Assembly (NCBI GenBank): GCA_963695075.1
Contig: CAVOFR010000007.1
Coordinates: 1,680,904-1,744,903, forward strand
DNA length: 64,000 bases
Source of the DNA: an uncultured Acidimicrobiales bacterium
GTDB lineage: Bacteria > Actinomycetota > Acidimicrobiia > Acidimicrobiales > CAWCAL01
Direction: 5' to 3'
In this document: one piece after another, positions 15,659-25,012 of the stretch
How the letters are laid out: every line of letters starts with the position of its first letter
Position numbering within the stretch: position 1 is the stretch's first letter
The notes under the pieces: model-generated
The model's database searches: none
Told to the model about the DNA's origin: nothing
What the model saw: the letters and a program-made list of their open reading frames with translations, nothing else
Program-made: the position numbers and the translations under genes

Positions 15659-17643
15659 CCGGGACCGACGAGCCGTTCGGGCTGCTCTTCTCCCCGCTCG
15701 ATGTCGGACCCATGCGGGTGCCCAACCGGATCTGCGAGACGACCAACTCGATCGGCGCGGGTGCCATGCCCGGGATACCCGACGATGCCTTCATCGAGCA
15801 CCACGTGGCCAAGGCACGAGGCGGGACCGGTTGGATCGCGAGCGAGACCATCGTCCTCAACTCCCCACTGCCGAACGAAGCCGCCGACGAGTTCTTCCCC
15901 GGGGCGGGAGCAACGCGCTTCCCGCTGTACCTACTGCCCGACTTCATCGAGGGGACGACCAGGTTCGTCTCCGCAGTGCACGATGCGGGCTCGGTGGCGG
16001 TGTTCCAGCTCACCCATCTCAACCACACGCTGGCGGCGTCTTCGGTACCGATCGTCGAGGCCTACGACTGGATTCCCCACGAGCTCGACGAGGGTCAGAT
16101 CGAGTTCATCCTCAACACCTATGCGGATGCGGCCACGCAGCTCGCCACGACCGGTGCAGACGGTATCGAGATCCACTGTGCCCACGAGACCCTGCCCCAG
16201 ACCTTTCTCTCGCCGGCGCTCAACCATCGGACCGACCGATGGGGCGGAGACGCTCGCGCCCGCACCCGATTCGTCACCGAGATCCTCAGCAGGGTCCGGG
16301 AGCGGATCGGGGATGCCATGGCGCTCGGCGTCCGCATCTGCGCTCAGGAGGCGCGCGAGGGCGGATACGACCTGTTCGGGATGCGGGAGATGATCACCTA
16401 CATCGTCGAGAGCGGGATGGTCGACTTCGTCAGCGCCGACGTGGGTCACTCCTGGGGCGAACCCTATGTACAGCCGTCGTATTACGACCACGCCCAGTAT
16501 CGCGAGGTCGGGCGTGCGATTCGGGCCGATGTCGCCCCCGTGCCGGTCCTGTTCTCCGGTCGCATCAACGATCCGGTGGTGGCCGAGGAACTGATCAGTT
16601 CCGGCGTGTGCGACCTCGTCGGGATGACGAGGGCCGGAATCGCCGATCCGGACTTCCCCACCAAGGCCCGCGAGGGCCGGCTCGGAGAGATCCGCCGCTG
16701 TATCGGGTGCAACCGGTGCATTGCGCAGTCGATCGACACCACGGCTCTCGAGATGTTCCGCCGGCCGGTCTGCTCGATCAACCCGGTCGTCGGCCAGGAG
16801 CTCATGTGGAAGATGTCCTATCGCCCCACAACCGAGCCGAAACGGCTCGTAGTGGTCGGTGGGGGAGCAGCCGGGCTCGAGGTGGCCCGGGTCGCCGCGG
16901 AGCGGGGAAACGACGTCGTCGTCCTCGAGCGCTCGGACGCCCTGGGGGGCCAGGTCAGGTTGGCATCGCTGGCCCCGGGCCGTGACGCGTTCACCGACTT
17001 CATCTACTACGAGGAGAACCAGCTGGCGCTCCACGGGGTGGAATTGCGTCTGGGCGCCGAGGCTTCGATGGCCGAGGTTCTGGCCCTGGACGCCGATGTC
17101 GTCGTCTGCGCGACCGGATCGGTGCCGCGGGTTCCTGATACCCCGGGCATCGACGCCCCGCATGTCGTTCAGGGCTGGCACGTGCTCGACGGTTCGTCCG
17201 AGGTCGGGGATCGGGTCGCGGTCGTGTCGCAGGAGGACCACTTCGAGACCCCGAACATCGTCGATTTCCTGGCGGCGAGCGGCCGGCAGGTGGATGTGTT
17301 CCACAAGTGGACCGCGATCGGCAACCAGGTCGACCGCTATTCGATCGGGCCGATCATGCGGAACCTCGACCGACACGGGGTCGCGATCCACACCGGGTTG
17401 CGTCTCGCCGGGGTCGACGACTCGGCGCTCACCTTCACGTCGTCGTACTCGGGTGAGTCGCACACGTTCGACGGTTTCGACACCGTGGTGCTCGTGTACG
17501 GTTCCGTGCCCGACGATCGTCTGTACCGGCAACTCAACGACGCCGGATCGGTGGATCGTCTCTTCCTGGTGGGCTCGGCCTGGGTGCCGCGTCGGCTCGC
17601 CGAGGCCACTCAACACGGCGCCCGCGTGGGGATGGAGATATGA
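15655..17643 (+). CDS. OYE-family FMN oxidoreductase fused to Fe-S and FAD/NAD(P) domains (2,4-dienoyl-CoA-reductase-like)
   Basis: ATGA overlap with the ACAD stop. Carries the IHCAHETLPQTFLSP..NHRTDRWGG OYE core, the RRCIGCNRCI Fe-S motif and the VVVGGGAAGLE dinucleotide fold. Confidence 0.9.
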   Translation: MTGTDEPFGLLFSPLDVGPMRVPNRICETTNSIGAGAMPGIPDDAFIEHHVAKARGGTGWIASETIVLNSPLPNEAADEFFPGAGATRFPLYLLPDFIEGTTRFVSAVHDAGSVAVFQLTHLNHTLAASSVPIVEAYDWIPHELDEGQIEFILNTYADAATQLATTGADGIEIHCAHETLPQTFLSPALNHRTDRWGGDARARTRFVTEILSRVRERIGDAMALGVRICAQEAREGGYDLFGMREMITYIVESGMVDFVSADVGHSWGEPYVQPSYYDHAQYREVGRAIRADVAPVPVLFSGRINDPVVAEELISSGVCDLVGMTRAGIADPDFPTKAREGRLGEIRRCIGCNRCIAQSIDTTALEMFRRPVCSINPVVGQELMWKMSYRPTTEPKRLVVVGGGAAGLEVARVAAERGNDVVVLERSDALGGQVRLASLAPGRDAFTDFIYYEENQLALHGVELRLGAEASMAEVLALDADVVVCATGSVPRVPDTPGIDAPHVVQGWHVLDGSSEVGDRVAVVSQEDHFETPNIVDFLAASGRQVDVFHKWTAIGNQVDRYSIGPIMRNLDRHGVAIHTGLRLAGVDDSALTFTSSYSGESHTFDGFDTVVLVYGSVPDDRLYRQLNDAGSVDRLFLVGSAWVPRRLAEATQHGARVGMEI

Positions 17644-18629
17644 GCGATCCAGACACGAGCGACCCGGACACGAGCGACCGGGATGCAGACGAGATCGACC
17701 TCACCGCCTATCCGACGATCGACGTCATGAACCACCTGCTCGAGGTGCGCAGCGGCATGGCCGGGAATCCCTTCGAGTTCCGCGAGTTCCAGATCATGCT
17801 CGAGACCACCTTCAAGCCGATGTTCAACCCCAGCCCGCCGGCCGGAGAAGGCGAGCCGACGAAGAAGAAGCGCAGGGGCGGTGGCATGCTGAGCGGCCAC
17901 GCCACGACCGCCGAGTGCCTGGAGGACATGGATCGGTTCGGCTACAGCCACATCTCGGTATGCGCCACGAAGATGTGGTCGTACTACCACCACCGCGACT
18001 TCATCATGAACTACCCGATCGAGCCGGTCGGTGAGGCCGTGGCCGAGTCGGGCGGCCGCATCATCGGCACGGCCAGTTACGACCCGTTCCGCATCACCGA
18101 CAGCTGCGCCGAGGTCGAGCACGCGGTGAAGGAGCTCGGCTTTCGCTACGTGTGGTTTCACCCCCTGTCCTACGGTCTCGCACCCAACGATCGCCGCTTC
18201 TACCCGCTCTACGCGAAGTGCGCCGAGCTCGACATCCCCGTCGGCTTCCAGGTCGGTCAGTCGGCCGAGGTGCTGCCGTCGGACTGCGGTCGGCCGATGC
18301 TCGCCGACGAGGTGGCCATCGAGTTCCCCGAGTTGCGCATCAACCTGTCGCACACAGGTTGGCCCTGGGTCGACGAATGGTGCTCGATGCTCTGGCGCCA
18401 CCCGAACGTGTACGGCGACATCTCGGCGTACTACCCACACAGCCTCGACGAGCGGCTGGTGCGCTTCATGGACTCGTCGCGGGGTCGCGACAAGGTGCTG
18501 TTCGGAACGAACGGCCTCGGTCTGGAGCGCTGCAAGGCCGAGTTCCTCGAGCTCGAGATCGCCGAGGAGACCAAGCGGGCGGTACTGCACGACAACGCCG
18601 TGCGGTTCTTCGCACTGGAAGACCAATGA
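17640..18629 (+). CDS. amidohydrolase-2 (PF04909-like) metal-dependent hydrolase / lactonase / decarboxylase family
   Basis: ATGA overlap with the upstream stop. The WFHP, INLSHTGWPW and VLFGTN patterns are typical of this family. The N-terminus carries an SDPDT tandem repeat. Confidence 0.82.
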   Translation: MSDPDTSDPDTSDRDADEIDLTAYPTIDVMNHLLEVRSGMAGNPFEFREFQIMLETTFKPMFNPSPPAGEGEPTKKKRRGGGMLSGHATTAECLEDMDRFGYSHISVCATKMWSYYHHRDFIMNYPIEPVGEAVAESGGRIIGTASYDPFRITDSCAEVEHAVKELGFRYVWFHPLSYGLAPNDRRFYPLYAKCAELDIPVGFQVGQSAEVLPSDCGRPMLADEVAIEFPELRINLSHTGWPWVDEWCSMLWRHPNVYGDISAYYPHSLDERLVRFMDSSRGRDKVLFGTNGLGLERCKAEFLELEIAEETKRAVLHDNAVRFFALEDQ

Positions 18630-18656
18630 TCGACTTCGACAAGAAAGGCGTAGACA

Positions 18657-19910
18657 ATGCCGCTTCGTGAGGGAGAAGTTTGGGGGGAGATCACCCAGGC
18701 CAGCCTGGAGCGTCTCCTCGAACGCAAAGGGGTGTCGCGCGAGGAGCGCGGCACGATGTTCCGGCTCAACCTGAGCGAGGAGGAGAAGGCCAAGCATGAG
18801 GACTGGAAGCCGGAGTTCGCCAACTTCGCGGTCACCGAGGAGACCAACGGCCGTCTCGCGCGCGGGATCTCCGACCTGAACCCCCTCTACGTCGACCAGA
18901 ACTACGCCAAGAAGTCGATCTGGGGAGGGATGATCGCCCCGCCGGCGTGTCTGTGCTGGACCGAGACCGTGAACGGCGCCACCGACGGGTTCCCCGGCTG
19001 CCACACGATCTGGCGGGGCGTCGAGTACACGTGGGAGCGGCCCCTGTTCGCGGGGGAGCCCGTGGGTTCGCGCACCTACCTGACCGACGCCGAGATCGTC
19101 GAGAGCGAGTTCGCCGGCGGTGATGCCGCGGTTCAGCGTTACGAGACCGAGGCGTATCTGCTCGACGGCACGTTCCTCGGTTCGTACAGCACCTCGTGGC
19201 ACCGTTTCTCTCGCAAGAAGGCGAAGTCGGCGTCGAAGTACGCCGGTATCGAACGACACGAGTGGACCGATGAAGAGCTCGAGGAGGTGTGGGACGAGTA
19301 CAAGACGCACAACCTCGCCAACCGGCGCGGTGACGATCCGCTGTACCACGAGGATGTCGAGGTCGGCTTCGAGGTGCCCCACATCATCAAGGGTCCGATC
19401 ACCCTGACGAGCAAGATCGCCTTCGAGATGGCCTTCGGCGCCGGCGGTTGGTTCGTCGGTCACGAGCTGGCCATGCAGCTCTGGGAGGCCGCTCCACGGC
19501 TGCCGATCAAGAACGAGGAGGGGGTGCCCGAGCCGCCGGTCGCCATCCACTGGACCAACGAGCGCTGCCAGAACTACCTGGGTATGCCCGGCGCCTACGA
19601 GGCCGGCTTCGAGCGGCTGAACTGGTTCACGCAGCTCCTTATGTCGTGGTTCGGCGATCATGGCATGCTCCGCAACATGAAGCTCGCGTTCAAGGGCTTC
19701 CATTGGCAGGGCGACGCCGTTCGGTTGTTCGCCACCGTCACCGGAAAGCGCATCGAGGGGGAGCGACACCTCGTGGACCTCGAGATCTGGACGATGTCGC
19801 ATCCCCGGGGCGACAGGACCTCGGAGGGATCGGCCGTCGTCGAACTGCCCTCGCGCGAGGCCGGCAACGTGATCTGGACCAGGAGCGACGGGTCCGAAGG
19901 GGAGGCATGA
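18657..19910 (+). CDS. double hot-dog MaoC-like (R)-specific enoyl-CoA hydratase/dehydratase
   Basis: 417 aa. The N-terminal half (DLNPLYVDQNYAKKSIWGGMIAPP) and the C-terminal half (FKGFHWQGDAV..GKRIEGERHLVDLEIW) each look like a hot-dog fold. Confidence 0.8.
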   Translation: MPLREGEVWGEITQASLERLLERKGVSREERGTMFRLNLSEEEKAKHEDWKPEFANFAVTEETNGRLARGISDLNPLYVDQNYAKKSIWGGMIAPPACLCWTETVNGATDGFPGCHTIWRGVEYTWERPLFAGEPVGSRTYLTDAEIVESEFAGGDAAVQRYETEAYLLDGTFLGSYSTSWHRFSRKKAKSASKYAGIERHEWTDEELEEVWDEYKTHNLANRRGDDPLYHEDVEVGFEVPHIIKGPITLTSKIAFEMAFGAGGWFVGHELAMQLWEAAPRLPIKNEEGVPEPPVAIHWTNERCQNYLGMPGAYEAGFERLNWFTQLLMSWFGDHGMLRNMKLAFKGFHWQGDAVRLFATVTGKRIEGERHLVDLEIWTMSHPRGDRTSEGSAVVELPSREAGNVIWTRSDGSEGEA

Positions 19911-22273
19911 TGCCGGGTGCACTCGACGGCCTCCGGGTGGTCGAGCTGGGCAGACAGGTCTCGGCTCCGTTCTGTGCCCGCCTGCTCGCCGATCTGGGCG
20001 CCGACGTGCTCAAGGTCGAGCCACCGGACGGCGAGCCGGCCCGACGGGCCGGACCCTTCGCGGGTGGGGTCGCCGACCCCGAGGAGAGCGGTCTCTTCCA
20101 CTTCGTCAACGCGGGCAAGCGCGGGGCCACCTGTGATCTCGACACGGCCGAGGGTCGCGAGTGGCTGGATCGCATACTCGCCGGTTCGGACGTATTCGTC
20201 GAGAACCTCGATCCCGGTGAGCGGGATCGCTGGGGTGTCGATTTCGCCTCCCTCGAATCCGGGCACCCACATCTCGTCGTCGTGTCGCTGTCGCCCTTCG
20301 GCCGGAGTGGGGAACTGGCCGAGCGGCTCGGGACCGACCTGACCGCGCAGGCCGTGAGCTCGCTGGTGCTCGGGTTGGGTTCGGCCGATCAGCGCCCGCT
20401 GCGCATACCGTGGGATCACGCCGACTACCAGGCGGGCTTCCACGGTTCGGCCGCGGCGCTGTGCGCTCTGCGGGAGCGTCGCCGTTCGGGCCGCGGGCAG
20501 GGTATCGACATCTCGACGGCCCAGGTCATGGGTTACCTGGTCGGCGGCATGCACAACGTCACGGCCAAGAACGGCAACAAGTGGGAGCGGCAGGGGACGC
20601 TCATGGGTGGAGCGCCCTATCCGTCCGGATTCTTCAAGTGCGGCGACGGATTCGTCTGTATCGCATCGACCACGCCGGCGCAGTGGGAGGCGTTCCTCGG
20701 TCTGATGGACAACCCGAAATGGGCCAAGGGCGATGCCCGCAACTCGATCCATCTGGGACTCGTCGACTCCACGCCCGCTCACGGGCACTTCCAGGAATGG
20801 CTGATGACCTACTCGCGCGCCGAGCTCCTCGAGATGGCCGCCGCCGAGAGGATCGTGATGGGCGTCGCGCAGACCGTCGACGAGGTGCTGGCCAGCGAGC
20901 AGTTCGCCTACCGGGGGTTGTGGGCCGATCTCGTCGTCGGCGGCGAGGACGTGCGCATCCCCAAGCCGGGCTACTCGCTGTCGGAGTCACCGACCGAGAT
21001 CGCCGGGCGCGGCCCCGCACTCGCCACCGAGGCGATGACCGGAGAGGTTCCCGAGCCGATCGAGCTCACCATGGCCGAGCGGCCCGACCGGGCGCTCGAG
21101 GGCATCCGCGTGCTCGACTTCGGCTGGAACTGGGCCGGACCGATGGCGGGCCAGCTGCTCGCCGACATGGGGGCCGAGGTCATCCGGGTCGAGACGTCGA
21201 AGCGCCAGGACCTCATGCGGTTCCTCGACTACACGTCGCACTTCTTCTGCCACAACAACCGCTCGAAGATGTCGACCACCATCAACGTGGCGGTCCCGGA
21301 GGGCGCCGCGCTGGTCCTCGAGCTCGCGAAGACGGCAGACATCGTCATGGACAACTTCGCGGCGGGCAAGATGGCCAAGAACGGGCTCGGCTACGACGCA
21401 TTGCACGAGGCGAACCCGGAGCTGGTCGTGGTCTCGATGAGCATGGCCGGCCAGGAGGGTCCACTGCGCGGCATGCGCGGGTTCGCTTCGATCGCCACCG
21501 GCTACTCGGGCCTCGAGCTGATGGTCGGCTATCCCGAAGCCGAGGTCAGCACCGGCCTGCTGCCCTTCGGGCTCGGCGACACCTCGATGTCGGTCCAGGC
21601 CGTCGTGGGCGCGCTCGCCGCACTCGAGCACCGCGACCGCACGGGCGAGGGCCAGTTCGTGGACGTCAGCCAGATCGACTGCTCGGCCGCGACGATGGGT
21701 GAACCGTTGCTCGACTACCAGCTCACCGGCAAGATCGCCGGCCCGCAGGGCAACTCCCATCCGGCGTTCTGCCCGCACGGCCTGTACCCGACTGCGGGCG
21801 AGGACCGCTGGATCGCCGTCGCGGTCCGCGATGGCGGCGAGTGGGAGCGACTGGCCTCGGTCATCGGTCGTGACGACTTGGCAGCCGACGCCGCGCTGGC
21901 GACTCCCGGCGGACGCCGGGAACGTATCGCCGAGATCGATCAGGCGATCGCGGCGTGGACTGCGACCATCGAGCGTGACGACGCCACCGACCGCCTGGTC
22001 GCGGCCAGCGTGCCAGTGGCCGCGGCACTCGAGCTCGAGGAGCGCAACGAGCACCCACACTGGAAGTCCCGGGGCTTCACGGTGTCGCACGACTTCGAGG
22101 GCTTCGACCCCTGCACGATCTACGCCACGCCGTGGTGGTTGACCGCCACGCCGCCCGAGGTCACCCGTCCCACCCCCCGACTCGGCGAGCACAACGACTA
22201 CGTGTACCGCGACCTCCTCGGCCTGCCCGAGGACGAGATCAGGCGACTCACCGACGAGGGCGTCCTTGTCTGA
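19907..22273 (+). CDS. fused tandem family-III CoA-transferase (two CaiB/BaiF-like modules in one polypeptide)
   Basis: The start overlaps the upstream stop (ATGATG). Module 1 begins LDGLRVVELGRQVSAPFCARLLADLGADVLKVEPP. Module 2 begins LEGIRVLDFGWNWAGPMAGQLLADMGAEVIRVET. 788 aa. Confidence 0.88.
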   Translation: MMPGALDGLRVVELGRQVSAPFCARLLADLGADVLKVEPPDGEPARRAGPFAGGVADPEESGLFHFVNAGKRGATCDLDTAEGREWLDRILAGSDVFVENLDPGERDRWGVDFASLESGHPHLVVVSLSPFGRSGELAERLGTDLTAQAVSSLVLGLGSADQRPLRIPWDHADYQAGFHGSAAALCALRERRRSGRGQGIDISTAQVMGYLVGGMHNVTAKNGNKWERQGTLMGGAPYPSGFFKCGDGFVCIASTTPAQWEAFLGLMDNPKWAKGDARNSIHLGLVDSTPAHGHFQEWLMTYSRAELLEMAAAERIVMGVAQTVDEVLASEQFAYRGLWADLVVGGEDVRIPKPGYSLSESPTEIAGRGPALATEAMTGEVPEPIELTMAERPDRALEGIRVLDFGWNWAGPMAGQLLADMGAEVIRVETSKRQDLMRFLDYTSHFFCHNNRSKMSTTINVAVPEGAALVLELAKTADIVMDNFAAGKMAKNGLGYDALHEANPELVVVSMSMAGQEGPLRGMRGFASIATGYSGLELMVGYPEAEVSTGLLPFGLGDTSMSVQAVVGALAALEHRDRTGEGQFVDVSQIDCSAATMGEPLLDYQLTGKIAGPQGNSHPAFCPHGLYPTAGEDRWIAVAVRDGGEWERLASVIGRDDLAADAALATPGGRRERIAEIDQAIAAWTATIERDDATDRLVAASVPVAAALELEERNEHPHWKSRGFTVSHDFEGFDPCTIYATPWWLTATPPEVTRPTPRLGEHNDYVYRDLLGLPEDEIRRLTDEGVLV

Positions 22274-23948
22274 GCCGGACCGCGGCGGGCCCGGGGACGT
22301 GGACGATCAACCGTCGACGTTGTCGAGCCTGCTTCGGCGCAGCGTCGAGTCCCACGGTGATCGCCCCGCGCTCATCACCGAGGAGACGCGGCACACCTAT
22401 CGGGAGCTGGCCGAGCTGGTCGAGCGCTACCAGCGGGCGCTGGTGTCCTGTGGTGTCGGAAAGGGCTCGCACGTCGGTCTGCTCATGGAGAACGATCCCC
22501 ACTGGGTGGCCTTCGCTTTCGCCGCGACCGGCCTGGGTGCGTTGCTCGTTCCCATCAGCACCTTCGTGCGTCGTGACGATCTCGCCTACCAGTTGACCCA
22601 CGCCGACGTCGAGTACCTCTTCATGACATCGCGGTTCCTCGACAACGACTACCTCGGGATGCTCACCGGGATCCTGCCCGCGCTCGAGGAGGCCGAATCC
22701 GGGGGGCTCTACCTTCCCGAGGTCCCGTCATTGCGCCACGTCGTCGTGCGCGGTGCCGAGGACCCACCCTCGGGATGTCGATCGTGGGACGACTTCCTCG
22801 CCCGGGCCGACGAGGTTCCGGCGGCGGTCGTTGCGGGCCTGGAATCCGCTGTCGATCCAGAGGACGCGTGCTACCTGTTGACGACCTCGGGCACCACAGC
22901 CCGACCGAAGGGCGTGTTGCTCTCACACCGTGCCGTCGCGGGCAATGGTGGCCGAATCGGCGACTACCAGGGGTTGGGCACCGATGACGTGGTGTGGTTC
23001 TACTTCCCGCTGTTCTTCTCGGCCGGCTGCGTCAACGTCATGCTGGGTGCCCTCTCGCACGGTGCTGCTCTCATCATCCAGCCGAACCTCGATCCGGCGG
23101 TGACGCTCGAGCTGATCGAGCGGGAGGAAGCGACCACCTGGCACCTGTGGCCCCATCAGCTGCAGCAGCTGCTCGACCATCCCGACTGGAGCACCCGCGA
23201 CCACAGCGGGCTCCACAAGGGCACCGCGCCGTACGACGTGCTGTGCGAGACGCCCCCGGCCGACGGGCTCGGAGGCGTCAACATGTACGGGATGACCGAG
23301 ACCGCCACCGCATTCTCCTGTACCCGAGCCGACGAATCTCTCGATATCCGCATGAGCACCCAGGGGCATCTGCTTCCCGGAAACGAGATCAAGGTCGTCG
23401 ACCCCGAAACGGGCGAGCGTCTGCCCGACGGCCAGCAGGGGGAACTCTGCGTCAGGGGTCCCAGTGTCATGAGCCGCTACTACAAGGTCGACCCGGCCAC
23501 GACCTTCGACTCCGAGGGGTTCTTCCCCACCGGCGACGCCGGCTTCGTCGACGGTGACGGCCGAGTGCACTTCGTCCAGCGGCTGAAGGACGTGATCAAG
23601 ACCGGCGGGATCAACGTGAGCCCGGCCGACATCGAAGGGTCTTTGGCGCGCATCCCGGGTGTCCGCGCCGCCCATGTGTTCGCGCTTCCGGGCGACGACA
23701 AGGGCGAGCTGGTCGGTGTCGCACTCGTGCCCGATGTCGGGGCCACGATCGACGAGGTCGGGGTGAGCGAGTTCTGTCGATCCGAGCTTCCCGGATACAA
23801 GCGGCCGCGAGGTGTGCTCGTGCTCGGCGCGGACGACGTGCCGATGACCGGTACCGGAAAAGTGCAGAAACACGTCCTGCGGGATCGTCTCCGGGCGGCG
23901 ATCGATCAGGGGCTGGGACCGTTCGTCGAGTGGGAAGTCGTCGAGTAG
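22266..23948 (+). CDS. AMP-dependent synthetase/ligase (acyl-CoA synthetase)
   Basis: Carries TSGTTARPKGV, YGMTE, GFFPTGD and PMTGTGKVQK. The TTG start is taken from the track and overlaps the upstream gene by 8 nt, so the exact start is uncertain. Confidence 0.9.
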   Translation: MSEPDRGGPGDVDDQPSTLSSLLRRSVESHGDRPALITEETRHTYRELAELVERYQRALVSCGVGKGSHVGLLMENDPHWVAFAFAATGLGALLVPISTFVRRDDLAYQLTHADVEYLFMTSRFLDNDYLGMLTGILPALEEAESGGLYLPEVPSLRHVVVRGAEDPPSGCRSWDDFLARADEVPAAVVAGLESAVDPEDACYLLTTSGTTARPKGVLLSHRAVAGNGGRIGDYQGLGTDDVVWFYFPLFFSAGCVNVMLGALSHGAALIIQPNLDPAVTLELIEREEATTWHLWPHQLQQLLDHPDWSTRDHSGLHKGTAPYDVLCETPPADGLGGVNMYGMTETATAFSCTRADESLDIRMSTQGHLLPGNEIKVVDPETGERLPDGQQGELCVRGPSVMSRYYKVDPATTFDSEGFFPTGDAGFVDGDGRVHFVQRLKDVIKTGGINVSPADIEGSLARIPGVRAAHVFALPGDDKGELVGVALVPDVGATIDEVGVSEFCRSELPGYKRPRGVLVLGADDVPMTGTGKVQKHVLRDRLRAAIDQGLGPFVEWEVVE

Positions 23949-23955
23949 GAAGCAG

Positions 23956-24768
23956 GTGGTCGAGATGAGCGGATCCGAACAACGCCTCGGAGGCATGGTG
24001 GCCGTCGTGACCGGCGGGGCCAGTGGGATCGGCGAGGGAATCGCACGGAGATTCGTGGCCGAGGGGGCCAACGTCGTCATCGGAGACATCCAGGACGAGG
24101 CGGGCGAGGCGGTCGTCGACGCTCTCGGTGAGCGTGCCGCCTATCGCCGGTGCGACGTGACCGACGAAGGGGAGGTCGCGGCCCTCGTGCAGGCCGCCCC
24201 GGACGAGTTCGGCAGGCTCGACATCATGGTGAACAACGCCGGGGCCATCGGGGCCAGGGGTTCGATCCTCGAGGTGACCGCCGACGAGTGGGATGCGACG
24301 ATCAACCTGTTGTTGCGCAGTGTGTTCCTCGGCATGCGCCACGCGGGGCGCCTTCTCGTCGACCAGGGCGACGGCGGCTCGATCATCAGCACGTCGAGCA
24401 TCGCGGCTCACGCGCCGGGGAACGGGCCTCACGCCTACGGCACCGCCAAGGCGGGTGTCGTCCACCTCACCCAGCGGGTGGCGCTAGAGCTCGGGGAGCA
24501 TCGGATCCGGGTGAACGCGATCTGCCCCGGTGGGATCGTGACGCCCCTGGTGCTCGGGGCGGTCGGTCTGGGTCCCGAGGCGACCGGCGTCATGGAGGAT
24601 GCCGCCGCGGCCATGCGACCGTATCCCCGAGCAGGCAGGACCGAGGACGTCGCGGCGACCGCGGCCTGGCTGGCGAGCCGAGACGGCGAGTTCGTGACCG
24701 GTCAGGCGATCACGGTCGACGGCGGCGAGAGCGTCGGCCCCAAGTGGTCCGACCAGATGGTCCACTAG
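23956..24768 (+). CDS. short-chain dehydrogenase/reductase (SDR)
   Basis: Carries TGGASGIGEG, NNAG and YGTAK. The TAG stop lies inside the CTAG that begins repeat copy B. The start may instead be the ATG at 23965. Confidence 0.9.
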   Translation: MVEMSGSEQRLGGMVAVVTGGASGIGEGIARRFVAEGANVVIGDIQDEAGEAVVDALGERAAYRRCDVTDEGEVAALVQAAPDEFGRLDIMVNNAGAIGARGSILEVTADEWDATINLLLRSVFLGMRHAGRLLVDQGDGGSIISTSSIAAHAPGNGPHAYGTAKAGVVHLTQRVALELGEHRIRVNAICPGGIVTPLVLGAVGLGPEATGVMEDAAAAMRPYPRAGRTEDVAATAAWLASRDGEFVTGQAITVDGGESVGPKWSDQMVH

Positions 24769-25005
24769 ATGATTGGTTCCAAGGGGTCGTTGGCGCGCTC
24801 GTGGGGGGCGGTTCGTTGATAGGCGCGACAAGCCGACCCGCGGGGTCTCGTCAACACGAACTCGCGGCCTCAGAACCCAGTTCTGGGCTCCTGGGCCGCC
24901 AGTTCGTCTGTCCGGGGCCGAGGCGACCAGTGCGGTATCGAACTGGGTGGCCGTAGCCGTCGGATACCGACGCTGAGGGACCAGATTTCGGCGACAGGGG
25001 AGCGC
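24765..25005. repeat. MITE-like repeat, copy B (inverted relative to copy A, distal end missing)
   Basis: Reverse complement of ~6598-6839 with about 20 scattered mismatches. Starts CTAGATGATTGGTTCCAAGGGG. Lacks the ~50 bp that carry the second 13-bp terminal repeat. Confidence 0.8.
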
Positions 25006-25012
25006 AGCCTCT

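Noticed and set aside
17610-19922. 770-aa minus-strand ORF, and similar long antisense or out-of-frame ORFs (13498-15201, 15931-17616, 30723-32228, 45369-46499, 59722-61866, 60880-62427 upstream part).
   Set aside because: These are shadow ORFs typical of high-GC DNA. Their translations are Arg/Gly/Pro/Asp-rich with no motifs. Each lies opposite or out of frame with a gene that has clear family signatures.
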